Source: an uncultured Bacilli bacterium | GTDB lineage: Bacteria; Bacillota_I; Bacilli_A; RF39; UBA660 | Direction of reading: 5' to 3' | Length of the DNA stretch: 54,520 bases | Assembly (NCBI GenBank): GCA_944358545.1 | Contig: CALVRJ010000004.1 | Location: 1-54,520, forward strand | In this document: positions 47,261 to 54,520 of the stretch, piece after piece | Layout of the letters: each line of letters starts with the position of its first letter | How positions within the stretch are numbered: position 1 is the stretch's first letter | Made by a program: the position numbers and the translations under genes | Notes under the pieces: generated by a model | What the model was told of the DNA's origin: nothing | What the model saw: only the letters and a program-made list of their open reading frames with translations | Databases searched by the model: none

Positions 47261-48415
47261 ATGAAAAAAATGTTTATATTTTTGATATTAACGAGTTTTA
47301 TTTTTAGACCTTCTGTTTATGCAGAGGATTTAAAACTTGCAGAAAATGCAAAATCGGCTATTTTAATAGAAGCTAGTACAGGTCAGGTTTTGTTCGAAAA
47401 AAATGCGGATGAAAGATTAGTTCCAGCCAGTATGACAAAAATGATGAGTATGCTTATAATTATCGAGGCGATTGAAAGAGGAGATTTAAAGTGGAATCAG
47501 GAAATACAAGTGAGTGAGAATGCTTCGGGTATGGGTGGTAGTCAAATTCTTTTGGAAACAGGTGAAAAGATGACTGTTCGAGATTTATTTAAAGGGGTAG
47601 CGGTCGCTTCAGGAAATGACGCAGTGGTGGCTCTGTCAGAAGCAGTGGCAGGGACGGAGGATGCTTTTGTTTTAAAAATGAATGAAAGAGCCCGGGAACT
47701 TGGACTTAAGAATACTAATTTTAAGAATCCTCATGGGCTTGATACGGCTAATCATTATTCTAGTGCAAGGGATATGGCACTTATTGCTAAAGAGCTTGTT
47801 AAACATAAAAAAGTTTTAGAATTTACTTCTATTTATGAAGATTATTTAAGGGAAAATACAGATAGAAAGATATGGCTTGTGAATACTAATAAACTTATTA
47901 GGTTTTATGATGGGGTTGATGGTTTAAAAACAGGTTATACTGAAGGTGCTGGATATTGTCTTACGGCAACGGCTTTAAAAAATGGAATGAGAGTTATTGC
48001 AGTTGTAATGGGTGAACCAGATAGTAAAATGCGAAATAAAGAGGTTAGTGAGATGTTAGATTATGCTTTTGCTCAGTACGAGGTAGAAAATTTATTGGAT
48101 AATGGTTATTCTTTGGGGAAATACAAGGTTTATAACGGGACTGATGAATTTGTTTCAGTTGTGCCTAAGGATGGGGCAACGGTACTTCGAAAGAAGGGTG
48201 AGAAGAGGGATAAGGCGACTTATGAAGCTTCAGTTAAGGATTTAAAAGCTCCTTTAAAAAAAGGTGAGGTGGTTGGCGAACTTAAGATTAAAGAGAATGG
48301 TAAGGTTATAAGAAAGGTAAAGTTAACGGTTAATAAAAATATTGGAAAGATTAATTATTTAAATCTTTGGTTTAGAAATGTAAGGGATATGGTTACTGGA
48401 AGAATAGTTTTATAG
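47261..48415 (+). CDS. D-alanyl-D-alanine carboxypeptidase (S11, DacF-like)
   Basis: PASMTK, SGNDA, NPHGL, WLVNTNKL, GLKTG. Confidence 0.93.
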   Translation: MKKMFIFLILTSFIFRPSVYAEDLKLAENAKSAILIEASTGQVLFEKNADERLVPASMTKMMSMLIIIEAIERGDLKWNQEIQVSENASGMGGSQILLETGEKMTVRDLFKGVAVASGNDAVVALSEAVAGTEDAFVLKMNERARELGLKNTNFKNPHGLDTANHYSSARDMALIAKELVKHKKVLEFTSIYEDYLRENTDRKIWLVNTNKLIRFYDGVDGLKTGYTEGAGYCLTATALKNGMRVIAVVMGEPDSKMRNKEVSEMLDYAFAQYEVENLLDNGYSLGKYKVYNGTDEFVSVVPKDGATVLRKKGEKRDKATYEASVKDLKAPLKKGEVVGELKIKENGKVIRKVKLTVNKNIGKINYLNLWFRNVRDMVTGRIVL

Positions 48416-48501
48416 AAAATTTATTCTTTCTTTTTTGGGTTGTTAAAGATTTAAAAATTTGTTATAATTATTAGTATGTGAAAGGGGTTATGATGTAAAA
48501 T

Positions 48502-48753
48502 TTGTATAAGACTTTAGATGACAAGATAATTTATGAAAATAATAAAAAGGAAATAATGGGGGAAGCTTGTTTTAAAAGAGCCAGTGATACAATTGATGTT
48601 TATCATATCTTTGTAAATGAGAGATACCGGGGCAGAGGAATTGCCAGTGAATTTATGAATATTTTGGTTAATTACTGTAAAGAAAATAATTTGAAGTTAA
48701 TTTGTACATGTCCTTATGCAAAGGCATGGATGGAGAAAAATGGAGGAGAATAG
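48502..48753 (+). CDS. Small GNAT-family acetyltransferase (YjdJ-like)
   Basis: HIFVNERYRGRGIA, CTCPYA. Confidence 0.85.
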   Translation: MYKTLDDKIIYENNKKEIMGEACFKRASDTIDVYHIFVNERYRGRGIASEFMNILVNYCKENNLKLICTCPYAKAWMEKNGGE

Positions 48754-48756
48754 AAT

Positions 48757-49323
48757 ATGAATAAAAATGTAAAAATTATTGCAATAGTAGCTGCAGTTAT
48801 CGTTGTTGTGATTATCGGGATTGTTTTATTTTTAAATTTAAGGTATATTAGTAAAGATGAGGTTCGTGAGGCTGTAGCTAGCAAAATGAATGCTGATGAA
48901 AAGGATTTGAGATTTTCAAGTATTGATTTAGAGACTGATGAAAAAGTTTATGATGTGGATGTTTATTATAATAATATGGAGTATGAGTTTAAGGTAGATG
49001 CTCATGATGGAGAGGTCGTTTATACAAATTATACACCATCAAATGATACAGGTAATACAAATGGTCAAGGAAATGTAAATGGTGATGTTCAAGGACAGCC
49101 AGTTGTTGACGAGGGTATTACAATTGATGAGGCCAAAGCTTTGGTTTTACAAGATAATAATTTAACTGAAAACGATGTTCAGTTTACAAAAGCTGATAGA
49201 GATTATGATAACAATAATCTTGTTTATGATATTGAATTCGTTTATAATAATGTGGAATATAATTACGAGGTTAGAGCTATCGATGGTCAGATAATTAGCT
49301 TTGAACAAGATGATGCTCATTAA
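48757..49323 (+). CDS. PepSY-domain membrane-anchored protein
   Basis: TM plus two repeats ISKDE/ITIDEAK...VYD(V/I)...EY...VDAHDG/VRAIDG. Confidence 0.88.
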   Translation: MNKNVKIIAIVAAVIVVVIIGIVLFLNLRYISKDEVREAVASKMNADEKDLRFSSIDLETDEKVYDVDVYYNNMEYEFKVDAHDGEVVYTNYTPSNDTGNTNGQGNVNGDVQGQPVVDEGITIDEAKALVLQDNNLTENDVQFTKADRDYDNNNLVYDIEFVYNNVEYNYEVRAIDGQIISFEQDDAH

Positions 49324-49385
49324 GGTATTAGCTTATTGGTTAATACTTTTTTAAAACTTAGTAGTAAATAAGAAGGTAGATATAT

Positions 49386-50885
49386 GTGTCAAAAGTATTA
49401 GATAGTATTTTAGGATTAGCTATTGGTGAAGCTATGGGCATTCCTTTAAAATATAATGAGAGAAAAAAACTTTTTAAAAATCCAGTTACAGAAATGATTG
49501 GTAATGGAAGCTATAATATGCCAAGCGGTACATGGGGTGAGGTTACTTCTTTGTCACTTGCTACTATGGATTCGATTATTAAAGCAAGAGGTTTAAATTA
49601 TAAAGATATGGTTACAAAGTTTTGTAATTATATGTCTAAAGCGGAATATACGGCAGCAGGTGAGGTTTTTGATTTAGATAAGACAACGAAAATGGCTTTG
49701 GAAAATTTTTTGAAAAGTGGGAATATTTTTGAAGGTTCAGTAAGTGATAACGGTAATGGTTCATTAATGAGGATGATACCAATAGCTTTCTATACTTATT
49801 ATGAGATGTTTGATGATGAGGAGTTATATGAAGTTGTGAGAAACACTTCGAGACTAACGCATGCTAGTGACATATGTATTATGGGATGTTATATTTATTG
49901 TAAATTTATTCATTTGATTTTAGATGGGGTCGATAAAACTAGTGCTTATAAGTATATTAAAAATTTAACTTATGCAAAATTTACAGCTGATGCAAAGAGG
50001 AGTTATAAAAGATTTTTGATGACTGATTTAGATAAGGTTGATATAGATTATATTAGGTCATCTGAGTATATTGTCGATACGTTAGAGGCCGTGATATGGA
50101 TTGTTTTAAATACAAATTCATTTACTGGGGCAATTGTTGGAGCAATTAATTTAGGTGGTGATACTAGTACAATCGGTGGATTAGTAGGTGCTTTAGCAGG
50201 AATTATTTATGGTTATGACAATATGCCGGCGGAATTCATAAATGGAATAAAGAATAAGGATTTAGTTTTTAATATGACTAAAGATTTTGAAAAAAATGTT
50301 CGGGAACGAGTTATGAAATATGACCAAGAGTTTAAAAATCAATATGGGGTTATTTTAGGTAATAATAAGGTTTTGTTTATTAAGACAGAGCTTGATTCTG
50401 ATATTTATGGGATTGATAACAGGTATTTAAAGATTGCAAGAAAAGCTAATTATTTATATGGGGTAACGGTTGTTGTATCGGCTTGCCGTGATATGGATAA
50501 GAAGCTTCTCGACCGTGATTTTGAACTTATAGATGATTGTTTTGATGAGGATTATGACATTTATTATATGGGAATAGCTAATGGTGCTTTACTTGGAATT
50601 CAATATGAATGTGATAATTTAAATATTCGGAGAATGCTTTTGATTAATACACCACTTACAATTAATTTACATAAGACAAAAGAGGGTATTGAAAAGTTTG
50701 ATGGTGAGCTTTTTATGATATATGGCGATAAAGATTTATCGGTTAACTATATTCCACTTATAAAGGAATACGAAGGGCAGAATGTTAAAATTATAAAATA
50801 TAAAGGTCAGGATCATAATTTTAATAAAGGAAATGAATTTTTGAATTTACCATTTTTATATTTGATAAATGATTTAAAAAAATAA
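49386..50885 (+). CDS. ADP-ribosylglycohydrolase-family domain fused to an alpha/beta hydrolase-like domain
   Basis: GNGSLMRMIP, SRLTH, AINLGGDT; C-domain IYYMGIANGA, LLINTP, MIYGDKD, GQDHNF. Confidence 0.85.
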   Translation: MSKVLDSILGLAIGEAMGIPLKYNERKKLFKNPVTEMIGNGSYNMPSGTWGEVTSLSLATMDSIIKARGLNYKDMVTKFCNYMSKAEYTAAGEVFDLDKTTKMALENFLKSGNIFEGSVSDNGNGSLMRMIPIAFYTYYEMFDDEELYEVVRNTSRLTHASDICIMGCYIYCKFIHLILDGVDKTSAYKYIKNLTYAKFTADAKRSYKRFLMTDLDKVDIDYIRSSEYIVDTLEAVIWIVLNTNSFTGAIVGAINLGGDTSTIGGLVGALAGIIYGYDNMPAEFINGIKNKDLVFNMTKDFEKNVRERVMKYDQEFKNQYGVILGNNKVLFIKTELDSDIYGIDNRYLKIARKANYLYGVTVVVSACRDMDKKLLDRDFELIDDCFDEDYDIYYMGIANGALLGIQYECDNLNIRRMLLINTPLTINLHKTKEGIEKFDGELFMIYGDKDLSVNYIPLIKEYEGQNVKIIKYKGQDHNFNKGNEFLNLPFLYLINDLKK

Positions 50886-50905
50886 TTTAGGAAGGTTGGA
50901 TGTGA

Positions 50906-51427
50906 ATGGAAGAATATATACCAGATGTTTATGCAAAAAGTATTTATACAGTTGATTATGCTAAGCTTTGGGGTCAGGGAATAAAATGCCTTTTGTTTGA
51001 CCTTGATAATACGATAGTTCCTTCGCATGAAAGTGAACCGCCTAAAAAGGCCAAAGAGTTATTTACTAGTTTGAAGCAAAAAGGCTTTAAGGTGATTATT
51101 TTTACAAATAGTCCAATGATAAGACTTCGCGGGTTTAAAAATAATTTTGGCGTCGATGGAGTAAGTTCTGCGTTTAAGCCGTTCACGTATAAACTGAAAA
51201 AGTTACTTAGAAAATATCATTATACAATTAACGAAGTGGCAATTATCGGTGATCAGATGATGACGGATATAAAAGTCGGTAATAAAATTGGAATTACGAC
51301 GGTTTTAATCGAACCGGTTTCAAAGAAGGATTTTATTTTGACAAAAATAAATAGGCATAAAGAAAAGAAAATTATGAAAAAACTTAGAAATTACGATTTG
51401 TTTTGCAAAGGAAGATATTATGACTAA
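50906..51427 (+). CDS. yqeG: YqeG-family HAD IIIA phosphatase
   Basis: FDLDNT, KP, IGDQMMTDI; upstream of yqeH. Confidence 0.92.
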   Translation: MEEYIPDVYAKSIYTVDYAKLWGQGIKCLLFDLDNTIVPSHESEPPKKAKELFTSLKQKGFKVIIFTNSPMIRLRGFKNNFGVDGVSSAFKPFTYKLKKLLRKYHYTINEVAIIGDQMMTDIKVGNKIGITTVLIEPVSKKDFILTKINRHKEKKIMKKLRNYDLFCKGRYYD

Positions 51428-52382
51428 ATGTTTGGGTTGTGGAGCTATTTTACAAGATAAGGATAGTTTCAAAGAAGGTTATACGAGAGATTTAGATAAT
51501 AAATTTTGCGAAAGATGTTTTCAGATAAAACACTATAACAAGTATTCGTTTGTAAATTTGGATAGCAAAAAATATTTAGCTAATATTGAGAAAATCGAGA
51601 AAACTGGTGATTTGGTTTTATTGGTTACGGATTTTTTGAATTTGGATAATATTAAAAAAATAAAGGTTAAAAATCCGACTATATTGGTTATTACAAAGAG
51701 AGATATTATGCCTAAAGGGATGTATGAGGAGAAAATTTTAGCTAATATTAAGGGTAGTTTTGTGTATAAGATTTTTGTTTCGGCAAAAAATAATTATAAT
51801 TTGGATTTACTTTTAAGAAAGATTGAAGAGTTTAAGAAAAGTAAGAATGTTTATGTGATTGGCTTTACTAATGCTGGGAAATCCACTTTGATAAATAAGT
51901 TTTTAAAAAATTATGGTGGGATGGAAGAAGAACTTACAACGAGTATTTTGCCTTCGACAACGATAGATTTTAATTATATAAATATTAATAATGATTTAGT
52001 TTTAGTCGATACGCCAGGCTTAATTGACGAAGGAAGTATTTATAATTTAGTTGGTGGCGAAGAGCTACGTAAGATTATTCCGAGAAAAGAGATTAGACCA
52101 ATTATTTATCAAGTTAAGTCTTTACAGACGATTGTTTTAGATAAGTATGCTAGTTTATTTTTAGATGACAATAATATTACGATTTATATGTCTAATGATT
52201 TAGTTATTTCAAGGTTTTACAAGGAAAAGGTTATCGATGATTTTAATTTTTATGATATAAATGTTTTGGCTAATCATGATTTGGTTATCGAAGGTCTTGG
52301 GTTTATCAAGTTTAAAAAGGGTGGTAAGGTTAAGCTTGGGTTATTAAAAGGTGTTTCTTATTTTATGAGAAAATCTTATTAG
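51420..52382 (+). CDS. yqeH: Ribosome biogenesis GTPase YqeH
   Basis: C.GCG...CERCF zinc finger, TKRD, G.TNAGKSTLIN, DTPG. Confidence 0.92.
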   Translation: MTKCLGCGAILQDKDSFKEGYTRDLDNKFCERCFQIKHYNKYSFVNLDSKKYLANIEKIEKTGDLVLLVTDFLNLDNIKKIKVKNPTILVITKRDIMPKGMYEEKILANIKGSFVYKIFVSAKNNYNLDLLLRKIEEFKKSKNVYVIGFTNAGKSTLINKFLKNYGGMEEELTTSILPSTTIDFNYININNDLVLVDTPGLIDEGSIYNLVGGEELRKIIPRKEIRPIIYQVKSLQTIVLDKYASLFLDDNNITIYMSNDLVISRFYKEKVIDDFNFYDINVLANHDLVIEGLGFIKFKKGGKVKLGLLKGVSYFMRKSY

Positions 52383-52572
52383 AAAAATACACGATATTTT
52401 AAATATATCGTGTATTTTTTGACTTAAATTTTATGAATATTATTTATAAAATTTTACTTGATAGTGTTAGGAGAAATGAGATAGTCTGGAGTTTCAAGAA
52501 ATAAGGAACGAGTTTTTAAATGGTTATTTTAATTATTTTATGTTTGTGATAAAATGATAATAGGAGGTGCGT

Positions 52573-54351
52573 ATGTTAGGGGCTATAATAGGTATCGAAG
52601 AGGATACAGTTTTAGTTAAACTTAATATTGATCTTAATAAATTTCAGAATTTAGTTAATTTACACGTAGTTATGGAAGATGCAAACGATATGTTAGTTGG
52701 TGAGATTGTCGATATTAAAGAGGGCATAGCTTATGTTAATTTAATGGGACAAATTATCAATAATGAGTTTGTGTTTGGAGTTATGAGAAAGCCTTCTTTT
52801 GGGGCATCTGTAAAACTTATTTCAAAGGAAAGAATTCCAATGATTATAAGTGTCGATAATCCAACTGAAAGAAAAGATGTTTTTATTGGTGAGAGTCCAA
52901 TTTACCCTGGGGTTAGAATAGGATTTAATATTAATGAGTTTTTTGCAAATCATTTTGCAATATTTGGGTCAACTGGTAGTGGTAAGTCTTGGGGTGTTGC
53001 AAGACTTATTCAGAGTATTTTTGATAAGAAGTCAACGGTTGCTTATAGAGCTAGTATTTTTATTTTTGATGCGTATGGTGAGTATCATGCAGCCTTTAAA
53101 ACATTAAACGAAAAAGTTCCGGAACTTAGTTTTAAGGCTTATACAACTAATACAAATATTAACGAAGCTGGGACAGAGCTTTTGAAAATTCCTCTTTGGC
53201 TTTTGACTACTGATGATATTGCTTTATTACTTAATGCTGAGTCGCCTAATCAATTACCGATTATTGAGAAAGCATTAAAGCTTGTTGGTGTTTTTGCTCG
53301 TGATGAGGAAGAGGTTATAAAACAAAAGAACGATATTATTGCTAGAGCAACATTAGATATTTTATCATCAGGTAAAAATTCTTCACAAATTAGAGATCAG
53401 ATTTTTTCAATTTTATCGACTTATCATACAAAAGATTTAAATTTAGAGACGACAATTTATCAGCCTGGGTATGCTAGACCACTTAAACAGTGTTTGATTA
53501 TCGATGCTTCAGGTAAGATTAGAGAGATGGAATTACTTACTAATTTTATGCAGTCATTTAAGGATGATACGATTGAACTTGAAATGCCAGATGGTTCATT
53601 TAAGTATGGACTTGAGGATTTAAAAGTTGCTCTAGATTTTGCTTTGATAAGTGAAGGTGCTTTAACAAGTGATAAGGTTTATGATGAAGATAATATTTTA
53701 AAGGTTCGCCTTCATAATTTGTTAAACGGTGATTATGCAAAATATTTCGAATGTGATGAGTATGTTTCAAGAGATGATTATATTAAAGATTTGCTTATGG
53801 CAAGTAATGGGCGTAAAGCTCAAATTATTAACTTTAATATTAATTATGTCGATGACAGGTTTGCTAAAACAATTACAAAGATATATTCTAAATTGTTATT
53901 TGAGTATGCTAAGAATTTAGAAAGAAGAGCTTCACTGCCGTTTCATATTATTTTGGAAGAAGCCCATAGATATGTTCAAAATGATAATGATATTAATCTA
54001 CTTGGATATAATATATTTGATAGAATTACTAAAGAGGGTAGAAAATATGGTGTTTTGCTTGGATTGATTTCGCAAAGACCATCTGATTTATCTGAGACTT
54101 CAATATCGCAGTGTAATAATTTCTTAATATTTAAGATGCTTCACCCACGAGATATTCAATATATTAGAGATATGGTTCCAAATATTACGAATGAGATTGT
54201 TAAGAGATTAAGGGTTTTACAACCAGGTAATTGTATTGCATTCGGAAATGCATTTCATGTTCCTGTTTTGATTAAAATGGATAAACCAAGTCCACCACCA
54301 TCAAGTAGTAGTTGTGATATTTCAGAAAATTGGTTTATCGATAGAAAGTAA
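52573..54351 (+). CDS. HerA/FtsK-superfamily ATPase (DUF87)
   Basis: N-terminal barrel, HFAIFGSTGSGKS, FDAYGEY, LEEAHRY, KEGRKYG, SQRPSDLS..ISQCNN. Confidence 0.93.
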   Translation: MLGAIIGIEEDTVLVKLNIDLNKFQNLVNLHVVMEDANDMLVGEIVDIKEGIAYVNLMGQIINNEFVFGVMRKPSFGASVKLISKERIPMIISVDNPTERKDVFIGESPIYPGVRIGFNINEFFANHFAIFGSTGSGKSWGVARLIQSIFDKKSTVAYRASIFIFDAYGEYHAAFKTLNEKVPELSFKAYTTNTNINEAGTELLKIPLWLLTTDDIALLLNAESPNQLPIIEKALKLVGVFARDEEEVIKQKNDIIARATLDILSSGKNSSQIRDQIFSILSTYHTKDLNLETTIYQPGYARPLKQCLIIDASGKIREMELLTNFMQSFKDDTIELEMPDGSFKYGLEDLKVALDFALISEGALTSDKVYDEDNILKVRLHNLLNGDYAKYFECDEYVSRDDYIKDLLMASNGRKAQIINFNINYVDDRFAKTITKIYSKLLFEYAKNLERRASLPFHIILEEAHRYVQNDNDINLLGYNIFDRITKEGRKYGVLLGLISQRPSDLSETSISQCNNFLIFKMLHPRDIQYIRDMVPNITNEIVKRLRVLQPGNCIAFGNAFHVPVLIKMDKPSPPPSSSSCDISENWFIDRK

Positions 54352-54360
54352 TACTTTAAA

Positions 54361-54392
54361 ATCTATGAAATTAATTTTTCATAGGTTTTTTA
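54361..54392 (+). terminator. Terminator after the HerA-type gene
   Basis: ATCTATGAAA/TTTCATAGGT stem plus T-run. Confidence 0.7.
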
Positions 54393-54465
54393 TTTACTCG
54401 AAATATAACCCTCCCCCTCATAAAATGACGTATTTTTTTGTAAAAAAATTAATCCCCCTGAAAGC

Positions 54466-54507
54466 TTGATTTTTCTGGGGGGGGGGGGTGTACAATAAAA
54501 TTGTACA
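54466..54507 (+). promoter_or_regulatory. Promoter with poly-G spacer and overlapping inverted repeat
   Basis: TTGATT(54466)-19 nt including G12 (54477-54488)-TACAAT(54491); TGTACAAT-AAA-ATTGTACA palindrome; AGGAG at 54512. Confidence 0.6.
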
Positions 54508-54520
54508 TTATAGGAGTAGA

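Noticed and set aside
1147-53920. Short antisense or overlapping ORFs in the track (e.g. 1147, 1618, 8730, 14273, 24570, 25906, 27286, 43616, 44335, 53729)
   Set aside because: They are shadows of well-supported genes, with no RBS or recognisable motifs.
1-54520. Prophage, IS element, integron or rRNA
   Set aside because: No integrase, transposase, phage structural gene or rRNA-like sequence was recognised; the GH25 is membrane-anchored rather than an endolysin in a lysis cassette.
1-54520. Mycoplasma-type genetic code (TGA=Trp)
   Set aside because: Conserved genes read fully under the standard code, Trp is encoded by TGG, and TGA terminates intact genes such as yqeG, sufD and tetR.

Overview
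Low-GC, standard-code (TGA used as stop) chromosomal segment with almost all genes on the + strand. Gene content suggests a reduced-genome Bacilli-type firmicute; an RF39-like uncultured gut lineage is my inference, not demonstrated. The housekeeping backbone is rpsB-tsf, uppS-cdsA-rseP, an ABC pair, mutL, an IscS-type desulfurase, ffh, sufC-sufD-sufS, RNase J, miaB, rpsP-khpA, yqeG-yqeH, a HerA-type ATPase and two tRNAs. Several canonical operons are broken. Spore-associated genes are dispersed: a BclA-like collagen, a CotD-like gene, cotE and a DacF-like gene, each preceded by a CATA-nnn-T element. Features the ORF track does not show: (1) a complete type I toxin-antitoxin-like module at 31.05-31.38 kb; (2) a 33-bp-period triple repeat upstream of an AAA+/DUF4143 ATPase-nuclease, next to a decayed dinJ-yafQ pair where pyrH-frr normally lie; (3) an orphan with R-S-E ADP-ribosyltransferase-like motifs behind tRNA-Leu; (4) a recurring basic C-terminal K-[VL]-K-V tail on unrelated orphans; (5) an ADP-ribosylglycohydrolase/alpha-beta hydrolase fusion with both active sites substituted; (6) two genes split at A-runs, one on an A_AAA_AAG slippery heptamer; (7) a G12 tract inside a promoter spacer at the window end. 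All calls come from reading motifs by eye; no searches were run.
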